DNA of 57,754 nucleotides from a virus (Duplodnaviria > Caudoviricetes): positions 1-57,754 of the IMG/VR virus record IMGVR_UViG_3300032897_000006, one strand, 5' to 3'. Positions within the stretch are counted from its first letter, which is position 1; every line of letters starts with the position of its first letter. Position numbers and translations under genes: made by a program. A model generated the notes under the pieces. The model saw only the letters and a list, made by a program, of their open reading frames with translations. It made no database searches and was not told where the DNA came from. Below are positions 46,079 through 54,595 of the stretch, piece after piece.

Positions 46079-46777
46079 ATGAAGATTGCAGTTATCAATT
46101 TCTCGGGCAATGTCGGCAAATCCACGGTCGCCAAGCACATGCTGGCCCCGCGCATCCAGAATGCGGCTTTCATCTCGGTTGAGTCGATTAATGCCGATGA
46201 GGGAACAGGTGATTCGATGCGTGGTAAACAATTCGGCGCATTGAGTGAACAGTTGATGATGCGTGATGCGATTATTGTTGACGTTGGTTCATCCAATGTT
46301 GAAGATTTTGTGAGGTTGATGGGCCAGTATCGCGGCTCTCATGAGGACATTGATTTGTTTGTTGTGCCGGCCGTGAAGGAAGCCAAGCAGATCAAGGACA
46401 CCATTTCCACCATCCAGGCGCTCTCCGCCATGGGGGTAGGGGCCAAGAAAATCCGGGTGGTGTTCAACCGCATCGAGGTTGATGAGTCGATTGAGGATAA
46501 TTTCTATCCGTTGATTGCCTATCATGAAGATACGAAGGCGTTCACGCTCCGTACCAAGGCGGCGATCCAGTATAGCGAGCTGTACCAGCGCCTCCGCCCG
46601 TACAACACGACGATCACAGAATTGCTCCTGGACAATACCGATTACAAGGCGGTGTTGCGGGACGCGAAGACGGAATCAGCCCGCACCGAGGCGGCGGCGC
46701 GGGTGAGCATGCGGCGCCTGGCGGCGTCAGCTCAGGCCAATCTCGATGCCGTGTTCAACTGCATTATCGCCAAGTAA
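46079..46777 (+). CDS. stbB: StbB plasmid stability ATPase
   Basis: NFSGNVGKST..HML.PR, VESIN, DVG.SN.EDF, KQ..DT. Confidence 0.9.
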   Translation: MKIAVINFSGNVGKSTVAKHMLAPRIQNAAFISVESINADEGTGDSMRGKQFGALSEQLMMRDAIIVDVGSSNVEDFVRLMGQYRGSHEDIDLFVVPAVKEAKQIKDTISTIQALSAMGVGAKKIRVVFNRIEVDESIEDNFYPLIAYHEDTKAFTLRTKAAIQYSELYQRLRPYNTTITELLLDNTDYKAVLRDAKTESARTEAAARVSMRRLAASAQANLDAVFNCIIAK

Positions 46778-46802
46778 ACAGAAGCCTTTGGCTTAGTTAA
46801 GG

Positions 46803-46828
46803 AAACGCCCTTTCGGGGGCGTTTTTTT
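46803..46828 (+). terminator. Rho-independent terminator
   Basis: AAACGCCC-TTTCGG-GGGCGTTTTTTT. Confidence 0.9.
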
Positions 46829-46978
46829 ATGTATGCTGATTATTGCAGCGCAAAATATATTGCCAAAACGGAATCTATTCTCTAAAAATCGGCTTCCAAA
46901 TTGGATAGAAAGGCAATCCGCCAGAATTGCCGCGCCCTGGGAAAACGGATTCAGCGGTTTTTTTACAAGGAAACAACG

Positions 46979-47296
46979 ATGCGTAAGCTCATTGTCATGT
47001 CTGCCTTGGCCGTGCTGATGTCAGCACCGGCTTTTGCTGTTCCGTCTTTTCCTCTTATCGGCGGCAGCTCTGCCTCTTCCGGCGAAACCACGGCCGGAAA
47101 TTCCTATGAGTCATCCGGTGCTTTCAACACCGGGAAATCCGTCACCACTACGCAGTTCAGCATCGGCCCGTCCGGTTTGACTGACACCACCACCACCAAT
47201 TCCTATGACTTCGGCTCCGGTGGTTCTTTCGGGACCGGGACCAGCGCCTATACTGGCGAAGGTGGGTATGTCAGTAGCGGAATTTATGGCTTCTAA
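46979..47296 (+). CDS. Secreted S/G/T-rich protein
   Basis: Signal peptide ending AFA. Confidence 0.7.
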   Translation: MRKLIVMSALAVLMSAPAFAVPSFPLIGGSSASSGETTAGNSYESSGAFNTGKSVTTTQFSIGPSGLTDTTTTNSYDFGSGGSFGTGTSAYTGEGGYVSSGIYGF

Positions 47297-47369
47297 TATG
47301 CCGTAGCGGAGACCGGCCGGGATGCTTACACCCGGCCGGCCTCTCTTCCCTCATCAAGGAAACAACGAC

Positions 47370-47963
47370 ATGAAATCACTCACAATTTCACTCGTCATGC
47401 TATCTTTACTGGCATTTCCGGTGATTGCGCAAGCGCAAAGCGTGCAAAGCGACAAGGCGAGTTCAAGCTCAGGATCAATCGCCGGGGCAGGGGCGCAGGC
47501 TGATTTCTTCAGCAATAGCGTATCCAATTACCCCCAGCAGACGGCCTCGCCCACGGCCCCGGCTTTCGTCACGGCCTCGCCCTGCATGGGGGTGATGTCG
47601 GGCGCCGGGACATCGCCGGTGGTCGGCATTGCCCTGGGCATGAGCTACAAGGACAAGGAATGCGAGGACCGGGCGAACGCATCGGCGCTCAATTCCCTTG
47701 GGGACCGGGCTGCGGCAATGCAGGTGATGTGTCAGATCGACTCCGTGAAGGACGCGATGACGGCGGCTGGCACGCCATGCTCTGGCGTCGTGCAAACGGC
47801 GATGACCAAGCCGCAAGCAATGGTCGAGACCGATCAGCCTTCAGGGCCGGGCTACGGCAAAGCAGGGGGAGGGATCACGCCGTTGCAGCAGTTTTGCAGC
47901 TCGCTTGACCCCAGGAAGGCGGAAGACCGGCCGTATATCGACTATGAGTGCAAGGACAAATGA
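47370..47963 (+). CDS. Secreted Cys-containing protein
   Basis: Signal peptide; D..C..R..A..L..G...AA...MCQ..V..AM..AGTPC. Confidence 0.75.
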   Translation: MKSLTISLVMLSLLAFPVIAQAQSVQSDKASSSSGSIAGAGAQADFFSNSVSNYPQQTASPTAPAFVTASPCMGVMSGAGTSPVVGIALGMSYKDKECEDRANASALNSLGDRAAAMQVMCQIDSVKDAMTAAGTPCSGVVQTAMTKPQAMVETDQPSGPGYGKAGGGITPLQQFCSSLDPRKAEDRPYIDYECKDK

Positions 47964-48081
47964 TTAGCCGGTGGGAATTGTCCGATGTCGATCTTATGGG
48001 TTCTCGTTATCGACTTGCTCTTGGTGGTTCTAATCGCCTGGATGCTGGGATTATTGCCGTTTCATCCGTGATGAGGCGGCA

Positions 48082-48109
48082 TTGACAACGGCCAAATTGG
48101 ATTCACAAT
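48082..48109 (+). promoter_or_regulatory. Sigma70-type promoter for the protein/ncRNA operon
   Basis: TTGACA-16-CACAAT. Confidence 0.5.
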
Positions 48110-48132
48110 GAGGCCAAATCAGAGGAATACAG

Positions 48133-48897
48133 ATGGCTAAGCTACATGAGGTTTTGGCGGTGGAAAGCGGTTTGCAGACCGCCGCCAAGAAAATCAATGA
48201 GGAAACGATCAAGACCTTCGGCAAAAAGGATGAGCATTTCGTGGAGACCACACGGATTGTCAGCCATTTCGCGGAGGAAGATCAGAAGCTCGACACCACC
48301 GAAACCAAGGCGATGGTGACAACGGTACTCGACAAGCTGATTTACAATGCGGGGCCGAATATCCGGGCGCTGGACGCCTATCTCCAGAAGGAAGCCACCA
48401 ACCAGAAGGCAGCGGCGTCTATCGTGGTGGGCGAGAAGACTTTGGCTGAGGATGTGCCGGCAACCGTGCTGCTCGGGCTGGAAACCAAACTGGCCGAGCT
48501 GCGCCTGGTCTATGAGGCGATCCCAACTCTGGCGCCAGGTCCGACATGGAACCTTGATCTGTCGGCGCGGGGCAATGGCGGCGTCTATGCGGCGGCAAAT
48601 CCCGATGTCACATTCCGCACCAAGAAGACGATCAAGCCGATTGTCATGGCACCGGCCACGGAACATCATCCGGCTCAGGTACAGGCCGTCTCTGAAGACG
48701 TGCCGGTGGCCAAGATCGTCACCACGCATAAGAGCGGCATGATGACCTCAGCGCAGAAAAGCGCGCTACTGGAGCGCGTGGATCAATTGCTGCGGGCGGT
48801 GAAGCGCGCCAGGCAGCGCGCCAACGGAACCGAAGTCGTGAAGCCAACCATCGGCGCAGTGCTGTTCAATTTCATCCATGAAGGCATCGTGTCCTAA
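48133..48897 (+). CDS. Uncharacterised helical protein linked to tRNA-like ncRNA
   Basis: GAGGA RBS; MAKL..VLAVE, P...LL.LE..L, IPTL.P, AT..HPAQV, AVK.AR..AN; resembles a DUF7873-like family as recalled, unverified. Confidence 0.85.
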   Translation: MAKLHEVLAVESGLQTAAKKINEETIKTFGKKDEHFVETTRIVSHFAEEDQKLDTTETKAMVTTVLDKLIYNAGPNIRALDAYLQKEATNQKAAASIVVGEKTLAEDVPATVLLGLETKLAELRLVYEAIPTLAPGPTWNLDLSARGNGGVYAAANPDVTFRTKKTIKPIVMAPATEHHPAQVQAVSEDVPVAKIVTTHKSGMMTSAQKSALLERVDQLLRAVKRARQRANGTEVVKPTIGAVLFNFIHEGIVS

Positions 48898-48902
48898 AGT
48901 TT

Positions 48903-48978
48903 GCGGGGGTTAGTTCAAAGCCAGAACACTCACCTCGTCCGTGAGAGACGCCGGTTCAATTCCGTGACCCCCGCTCCA
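48903..48978 (+). tRNA. Atypical tRNA-Thr(CGT)-like gene
   Basis: GCGGGGG/CCCCCGC+TCCA acceptor, D arm, CTCAC-CTCGTCC-GTGAG, TTCAATT T loop with irregular T stem. Confidence 0.7.
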
Positions 48979-49296
48979 AAACCCATAAGGGTCAAACTCA
49001 AAATCAAATTCAAAATAACGACGAACCAGCTTTAAATTTTCGCCCTTAAAACTGATTTCGCATTGCGCTGAAAATAGATGCAGTCAAATCCTTATCAAGC
49101 CAGACGCGGGTTCGATGCCCGCTCTCCCGGCCAATACACTTTCGGGAGATAGCTCAGTGGCAGAGCGGGTGGATAAAAATGAGATTTGGCCGTCATCGAA
49201 AATCAGTGTGCGAGGAACGCTCGTATAAGAGCAATGGTCTTGAGAACCATTTCCAAATGGGGTGGGGGAGTCGGCAATGCTCCCCCATCTTTGGAA
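48979..49296 (+). ncRNA. Structured ncRNA with permuted tRNA-like (YrlA-like) domain
   Basis: T arm 49106-49122, 3' acceptor+GCCA 49123-49133, linker, 5' acceptor 49143-49149, D arm 49152-49166, all on a long stem (49077-49090/49183-49197). Confidence 0.8.
49251..49296. terminator. GC-rich hairpin between convergent units
   Basis: TTCCAAA..GGTGGGGGAG / CTCCCCCATC..TTTGGAA. Confidence 0.6.
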
Positions 49297-49299
49297 AAT

Positions 49300-49512
49300 T
49301 CAATCGCAGAGTTTGCTATTCGAGCATGTGCCAATCTCGATACGGTGAATGTCAGACGCCATGTCCGAAATATCGGAGGCGATTCCGTACAGGATTGTAT
49401 CTGAGTTATCATCCGCGTGAGCCGCTTTGGGCAATAAAACCGGCGAAAACAGGTTTGCCCATAGGCCCATGGCTATCGCAATCAGTGTAAATTTCGTGGT
49501 TTTGTCGGTCAT
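49300..49512 (-). CDS. Small secreted/membrane protein
   Basis: GGAG RBS; MTDKTTKFTLIAIAMGLWAN. Confidence 0.65.
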   Translation of the reverse strand: MTDKTTKFTLIAIAMGLWANLFSPVLLPKAAHADDNSDTILYGIASDISDMASDIHRIEIGTCSNSKLCD

Positions 49513-49577
49513 ATTATTCTCCAATAATTGTGTGGCATTGGAGTACAATATGGAAACATTGTATGGAAGGGCTGGAT

Positions 49578-49787
49578 ATGTCTGAAATCGTGAAGGTGCA
49601 GATTCCATTGGGCGGTCCAGGACCGGCGCTGATCTATGACAAAGCGCAGAAATACTCAGTCATGAGGAATCTTACACGCGATGAGGAAAAGGCCATGGGC
49701 GATGACGTGAAGGCCTATTTCAAGGCCTCCTGGTCAAGCGTGGTGGGGTGGGGGCTTAGCCAACGGGTGGAAGATCAGGATTGGTAG
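49578..49787 (+). CDS. Hypothetical protein
   Basis: IVKVQ.P..ALIY...KAYF.A. Confidence 0.6.
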   Translation: MSEIVKVQIPLGGPGPALIYDKAQKYSVMRNLTRDEEKAMGDDVKAYFKASWSSVVGWGLSQRVEDQDW

Positions 49788-49798
49788 ATACAGCTAAA

Positions 49799-49996
49799 TC
49801 ATCCTCTAATTCTCGTTGTGTGTTTTGATTTATATTGCAAATAAGAACCCCAAACGAGCAACAAAAAACCCACAATCAAGAATATAACGCCAAGTGACAA
49901 TGAATGAACAAATAACATAATGGAAACTATGATAATAACTGCGCCGATAATTTGAACCGCCGACCCGAAGAATGAAAGCAAAAACGATCCAAACAT
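49799..49996 (-). CDS. Two-TM membrane protein
   Basis: GAGG RBS; hydrophobic. Confidence 0.6.
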   Translation of the reverse strand: MFGSFLLSFFGSAVQIIGAVIIIVSIMLFVHSLSLGVIFLIVGFLLLVWGSYLQYKSKHTTRIRG

Positions 49997-50025
49997 AAGA
50001 GCCTCTTGTGTTACAGAAATAAAGA

Positions 50026-50292
50026 TTACAAGTCAGGCGTCGGCTCAAAGGTCAGGTCATAGGTGCGGCCGGGGACAAAGAAACCGAACACGCCTGGATT
50101 CGTGATCGACATTATCAGATCGGCATAGGGCGTGGCCTGGCTATAGGAATAGTTCGGGGACTGAAGATCGGTGGAATACACGGCCGACATGCGGATGAGT
50201 TCACCGTATTTCTCCACAGGAATGCTTTTATCCGTGCTGCCGTAGTTTTTTTCATCGACAGATTGGCAAATCAGTCGCGCTCTGACGGTCAT
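50026..50292 (-). CDS. Conserved small phage protein
   Basis: AGGAGG RBS; N..YS.ATP.A...M.ITNP...F..G..Y.L.F. Confidence 0.75.
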   Translation of the reverse strand: MTVRARLICQSVDEKNYGSTDKSIPVEKYGELIRMSAVYSTDLQSPNYSYSQATPYADLIMSITNPGVFGFFVPGRTYDLTFEPTPDL

Positions 50293-50321
50293 GGTTTCCT
50301 CCTATGCAGAGATGCAAATGG

Positions 50322-50398
50322 TGGTAACGGGGGCCAGATTTGAACTGGCGACCTTCAGGTTATGGGCCTGACGAGCTACCAAGCTGCTCTACCCCGCA
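50322..50398 (-). tRNA. tRNA-Met(CAT), initiator type
   Basis: Full cloverleaf with CCA; 1:72 mismatch, A11:U24; loop CCCATAA. Confidence 0.92.
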
Positions 50399-50845
50399 TC
50401 AATTATTTCTTGGCCGGAAAATAACAAAACAAAGCGGCTGAGGCAATCCGTGATCCGCACCACCAAATTTCGGCCTTCCACGGATAAATCTTACTTCTCC
50501 ATAACGGAGACAAAAGTCATGGAACCAATTTGTATTAGTCCTGGCAGGAATCAACATACAAACAGTACAACCTAGAAGGCTTTCCATGTAAGATTTTTTA
50601 ACCCAATCAGATATTGATTTTTTCCCTTCTCCATACGGTGGATTAAGCCAAACAATATTTTTTTCCCAAGATTGTATAAGTCCATCCTCTTTTTCGGTGA
50701 AAAATTTAGATGAGACTTTTGTATTTTCAGGAGACGCGGCAGCGTCTAAGGTAAAATGAAATTCATCGTTCATCACATTGAAAAGTTCAGGCGGAGTTTC
50801 CCAATCCTGTCTTGAGCTTTCAAATTTTCCAACGAATTTGCTCAA
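50399..50845 (-). CDS. dam: Phage DNA N6-adenine methyltransferase
   Basis: WETP..LF, LDAAA, WLNPPY, PART, GR.KF. Confidence 0.9.
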   Translation of the reverse strand: MSKFVGKFESSRQDWETPPELFNVMNDEFHFTLDAAASPENTKVSSKFFTEKEDGLIQSWEKNIVWLNPPYGEGKKSISDWVKKSYMESLLGCTVCMLIPARTNTNWFHDFCLRYGEVRFIRGRPKFGGADHGLPQPLCFVIFRPRNN

Positions 50846-50918
50846 TAGGCCTCCGTGCCGTCTCTCCGTGCTGTCACGACATAAGGCCAGCCGTTGCCCC
50901 GGTGTTCGACACCCCGGC

Positions 50919-51182
50919 TCAACCCTGCGGCGAGGGAGCCTGGGTTACGTCATCCCCCGGCGGGGATTGGGTCTCGATCTTCTCATCTTCCTCCCATGGA
51001 TCGGCGCTGGTGACGCGGCCACCAGACATGACCAGCGAGGACTCGCGGCAGAGCAGGGAATTGAGGATACAGCTTACATCCCATCCTCTGTCAATCTTTC
51101 GGTCGCCAAACAAATCTCGGGAACGCTTGCCACAGGCGATGCAGACAAATACCGCGCCAGGCGGCGCCACCTTGTTGTCCAT
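50919..51182 (-). CDS. Small Cys-containing protein
   Basis: GGAGG RBS; CIACGK..GWDVSC. Confidence 0.6.
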   Translation of the reverse strand: MDNKVAPPGAVFVCIACGKRSRDLFGDRKIDRGWDVSCILNSLLCRESSLVMSGGRVTSADPWEEDEKIETQSPPGDDVTQAPSPQG

Positions 51183-51527
51183 TGATCCTCCGCATTGTTC
51201 CAGGGGTATGCTGCACACGTAGCCCCTGGGCGTGTCGGGGAGTCCTGACAACTCAACAGCTCGAAAAGATTAGCGAAATTTCTGGAAAGCGCAAAATAAA
51301 ATTTCGGACATGATACAAGCCAGATCATCCCGTGAAATTCTCTTGGGATTTCGCAGCATTGGGGGTTTAAAGGGAGAATCGTCCTGATGACCGCGAGGAC
51401 CATTTTTCCAAAAAACACCGCCGGCTTGGGCTGTAAACCGGCGGTGGGGAAGGTTATCAATGTCTCGTATTCCGCTTTTAATCTGGATCATCACAAAAAG
51501 CCAGAATAAAATTGGAGGAATCCAATA

Positions 51528-51998
51528 ATGATACCGGAAGATGAGCAAATCAAAAACCGGCTCGCCAAAATGGATTCACCCCAACGGGTGAGATGGCTTC
51601 GGCAAAAAATCGCATGCTATTATTCCGATCTGGCTGCCAGGGTCTATTTCCGATTACCCTATTACATTGCCGGTCACGTCATCGAACCTGAATCAGAAGC
51701 CATTGATCTAGTTCTAAGAATTGGCGCCAAATACAATCTCAGCGGCACCGAGCAGTACACCGCCTATCAGGCGCAATGGAAAATAGCCCTGAACATATCA
51801 GCCGAATTGGGTAAGCAACTTATACGCATCGGCAAATACTATATCGACCATGGCGGCACGATCAAAAACCTGGCCCAGGTTTTTTGGCAGGCCAGCCTAA
51901 GATTTCCCGAATACTGGCCATTCATCGCCCGAGATGAATTTGAAGCCATCGCCCAGGGATTTAAAAAAACACGGCGGAAAAGGGCAGCAAAGCCATGA
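51528..51998 (+). CDS. Hypothetical protein coupled to helicase
   Basis: GGAGG RBS; ATGA overlap. Confidence 0.7.
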   Translation: MIPEDEQIKNRLAKMDSPQRVRWLRQKIACYYSDLAARVYFRLPYYIAGHVIEPESEAIDLVLRIGAKYNLSGTEQYTAYQAQWKIALNISAELGKQLIRIGKYYIDHGGTIKNLAQVFWQASLRFPEYWPFIARDEFEAIAQGFKKTRRKRAAKP

Positions 51999-53233
51999 CA
52001 TCGCATATTCCCACATGGCCTTTCCCAATCGGAAACGAATTGGGATGGTTAGGAAAATGCCAGACCACGGATCGGGGGGCGCCGATCCCGAATGTCCATA
52101 ATGCCCTGATAGCCTTACGAGAAGACCCAAAATTGAATACGATCCTGGCCTATGACCAGATGCGGCGGGCCATCCTCCTGGTAAAGCCGGCGCCAGACGC
52201 CACCGGGGAAACCGATCAAGACGATCTGCCAAGACCGGTCAAAGACACTGACATAACGAATATCCAAGAATACCTCCAGGAAGCCGGGATGACGCGGCTT
52301 TCCAAGGACACCACCCACCAGGCGGTGGAAAAGCGGGCGGAGGAAAACGCCTTCCACCCGGTCAAGGATTATCTGATTGGCCTGGAATGGGACGGGCAGG
52401 CGCGGCTTCGGGGATGGATGAACGCCTATCTCGGCGTGCCGCATAGCGAATATTCCGCAGCAATCGGCCAAATGTTCCTGGTTTCCATGGTCGCCCGCAT
52501 CTTTGAGCCAGGCTGCAAAGCCGATTACATGCTGATTCTGGAAGGGCCGCAAGGCATCGGCAAATCCACCGCCTGTTCCATTTTGGCAGGTTCATGGTTT
52601 TCCGATGCGCTCCCCGATCTCAAATCCGGCGGCAAGGACATCAGCCAGCATTTGAACGGCAAATGGCTGATCGAGGTTGCCGAAATGTCAGCCCTCGATA
52701 AGACCGAAGCCGCCGCCCTGAAAGCGTTCGTCACCCGGAGCATAGAGCAGTACCGTCCCAGCTATGGCCGTAAAGACGTTTGGGAGGCCCGCCAGTGCGT
52801 TTTTATCGGCACGACGAACAAGGGGTGCTACCTACGCGATGAAACCGGTGGCAGGCGCTTCTGGCCCGTTCTGTGCGGTGTTGTCGATTTGGAAGCCCTA
52901 GCCCGCGACCGCGATCAACTCTTCGCGGAAGCCGTCACGCTCTACCGCTCCAAAACCCCCTGGTGGCCCACCGCCGCATTCGAGGCCGAACACATCAAAC
53001 CCCACCAGGATAACCGCTACGAGGAGGACGCCTGGTCTCAAGCCGTGATTTCCTGGCTGCCGAACGTCTCGAAAACTACCATTTTGGAAATCGCCCGTGA
53101 AGCCCTGCACATCGAAACAGCGCGGCTCGGCACCGCCGAACAACGGAGAATTATCGCAATTCTCGAAAGATTGCAATGGGTTAGAGGGCAAAGAGGAAGT
53201 CACGGCGAAAGATATTGGACCAAAGGTTTCTGA
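51995..53233 (+). CDS. VapE (virulence-associated E) family helicase
   Basis: FHPV.DYL..L.WDG, PGCK.D, GPQGIGKST, FIGTTN, D.TG.RRFWP, DQLFAEA. Confidence 0.92.
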   Translation: MTSHIPTWPFPIGNELGWLGKCQTTDRGAPIPNVHNALIALREDPKLNTILAYDQMRRAILLVKPAPDATGETDQDDLPRPVKDTDITNIQEYLQEAGMTRLSKDTTHQAVEKRAEENAFHPVKDYLIGLEWDGQARLRGWMNAYLGVPHSEYSAAIGQMFLVSMVARIFEPGCKADYMLILEGPQGIGKSTACSILAGSWFSDALPDLKSGGKDISQHLNGKWLIEVAEMSALDKTEAAALKAFVTRSIEQYRPSYGRKDVWEARQCVFIGTTNKGCYLRDETGGRRFWPVLCGVVDLEALARDRDQLFAEAVTLYRSKTPWWPTAAFEAEHIKPHQDNRYEEDAWSQAVISWLPNVSKTTILEIAREALHIETARLGTAEQRRIIAILERLQWVRGQRGSHGERYWTKGF

Positions 53234-53327
53234 CGCACCTGACGCATCTGACAGATCGCGCATTAATATTACCGTGTGCGTGGTAGCTATTATATAGGGC
53301 AGTGCGTCAGATGCGTCAGTGCGTCAG
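53230..53327. repeat. Inverted iteron arrays (putative lytic origin)
   Basis: CTGACGCA x2 + CTGACAGA, AT-rich spacer, TGCGTCAG x3. Confidence 0.85.
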
Positions 53328-53705
53328 AGGCTTGTCGGAGAACTGAAAAAATTTTCCGGAAATAATCGGGAAGGGAGGAAATTTTTTCCGCTCCCCGTGA
53401 CCCAATTATTTTTTTGGATCGTTGCGGGTCCGGGCGGAATTCGGCGTGAGAATGCTTCTCAGTTGCAGTTACAGTTGCGAATGCCTCGCATTACGCGGCG
53501 TCGCATCGTGATTCATGTGAATTACGATGCCGCGGCGACAAGAATATATAACAATATCAACGGGTTAGTATTATATTCCAGCCGATTGCAGGGCGTTCTT
53601 GTATGTCTGCAATCCTGCCACACATTGCGAGGCATGACGCGAGATGCAGCGCGAATCGGTCAATAATGGCCAAAAATAGTTCTTGTTATGGTGACGGAAC
53701 ATGGC

Positions 53706-54221
53706 CTATTTATCGCAAAACCGCGCACTTTCCACATTTTCAGTTGGTAGAGCTGCCAGTTCTTGCGCTGACATGCACGCGGCCGGGTTATCGTATCGCG
53801 CCGCTAAATGTGGCGTTTTCAGAGCCACCCGGCCGGAGTCTCCATTGTTTCCGTTAGGTGCCGCATTAAGCGCTTTGCGGCGTGCCAGCGATACAGCTCG
53901 GCCTTTTGCTCCATTCATGCTTAGCATGGCGCGCATGGCGTCGCGGGTTGCTACTTGCCCCGCGTGGCGCGTGGCCAGCTCTGGCAGTATGTCTGCTAGT
54001 GCCGCTGTAACGGTGGCTCTAATGGCGTTCCAATGGCCAGAGGGGATTCGCGCTACCTGCCGCGCCGTCTCCTCTGACAAGCCTTCTAGCGGCGCTCCAG
54101 CCGCCCAGTAGTGGCAAGCTATTGTTATGACTGCCCTATGCACCGGACCCGCCGCGCATTGCAGATGCCGGGAATGTAAAACCGTCTCCACCGGCATGGG
54201 TATAGGCTTCAGCTTGGCCAT
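53706..54221 (-). CDS. DUF1376/YdaU-like protein
   Basis: HYW...PL....AR.AR....W pattern. Confidence 0.45.
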   Translation of the reverse strand: MAKLKPIPMPVETVLHSRHLQCAAGPVHRAVITIACHYWAAGAPLEGLSEETARQVARIPSGHWNAIRATVTAALADILPELATRHAGQVATRDAMRAMLSMNGAKGRAVSLARRKALNAAPNGNNGDSGRVALKTPHLAARYDNPAACMSAQELAALPTENVESARFCDK

Positions 54222-54280
54222 GCTGCAAAATATGGCGGATTCCCTAGCGTTTCAAACTTTTTTCAAAAAAATGCGATTTT

Positions 54281-54342
54281 CATCGGAATCCGTATTGCAT
54301 TATTTTTTCCGATGTTGTTTAAGCTAATTCATGCGCTGGCAA
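54281..54342 (+). promoter_or_regulatory. Repeated early promoter/operator
   Basis: CATCGGAA-TTGCAT-TTCCGATG, then CATGCGCTGGCAA. Confidence 0.8.
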
Positions 54343-54371
54343 CGGCCGGTGCCGCAAACTGGAGAGACTAG

Positions 54372-54527
54372 ATGAGCGAAAAAATCGTTATGTATCTTGT
54401 GACCATGCACCGTAAAGATGGCCATGTTTTCAACTATGAAGTACCGAAACATAATTTACGGGAATGGTTGAAGCAATGCTCCGCCGTGCTGCTTCCGGGT
54501 GAAGCGCTCTGTTACAGCGAAAAGTAA
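54372..54527 (+). CDS. Small early protein (allele of 43-198)
   Basis: Near-identical DNA. Confidence 0.75.
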   Translation: MSEKIVMYLVTMHRKDGHVFNYEVPKHNLREWLKQCSAVLLPGEALCYSEK

Positions 54528-54595
54528 GCAAATCTCAATTTAATCCGCTGCATTGCGGCGGATTATGTGGCGATTTTGCCGATATGGAGAAAAAA

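Noticed and set aside
48088-48120. Complementarity of ncRNA GATTTGGCCGT to the promoter region of its own operon
   Set aside because: Only 9-10 nt, mostly upstream of the predicted TSS, and that RNA segment is already paired internally
49100-49296. Two-piece (permuted) tmRNA of Alphaproteobacteria
   Set aside because: No G3:U70 alanine pair, a full D stem is present, and no tag ORF or pseudoknots are evident before the terminal hairpin
49179-49490. Plus-strand ORFs 49179 and 49186 and minus-strand ORF 49203
   Set aside because: They overlap the structured RNA, the terminator and the better-supported gene 49300-49512
50322-50398. tRNA as prophage attachment site
   Set aside because: Internal to phage genes, no duplicated 3' end seen, no integrase
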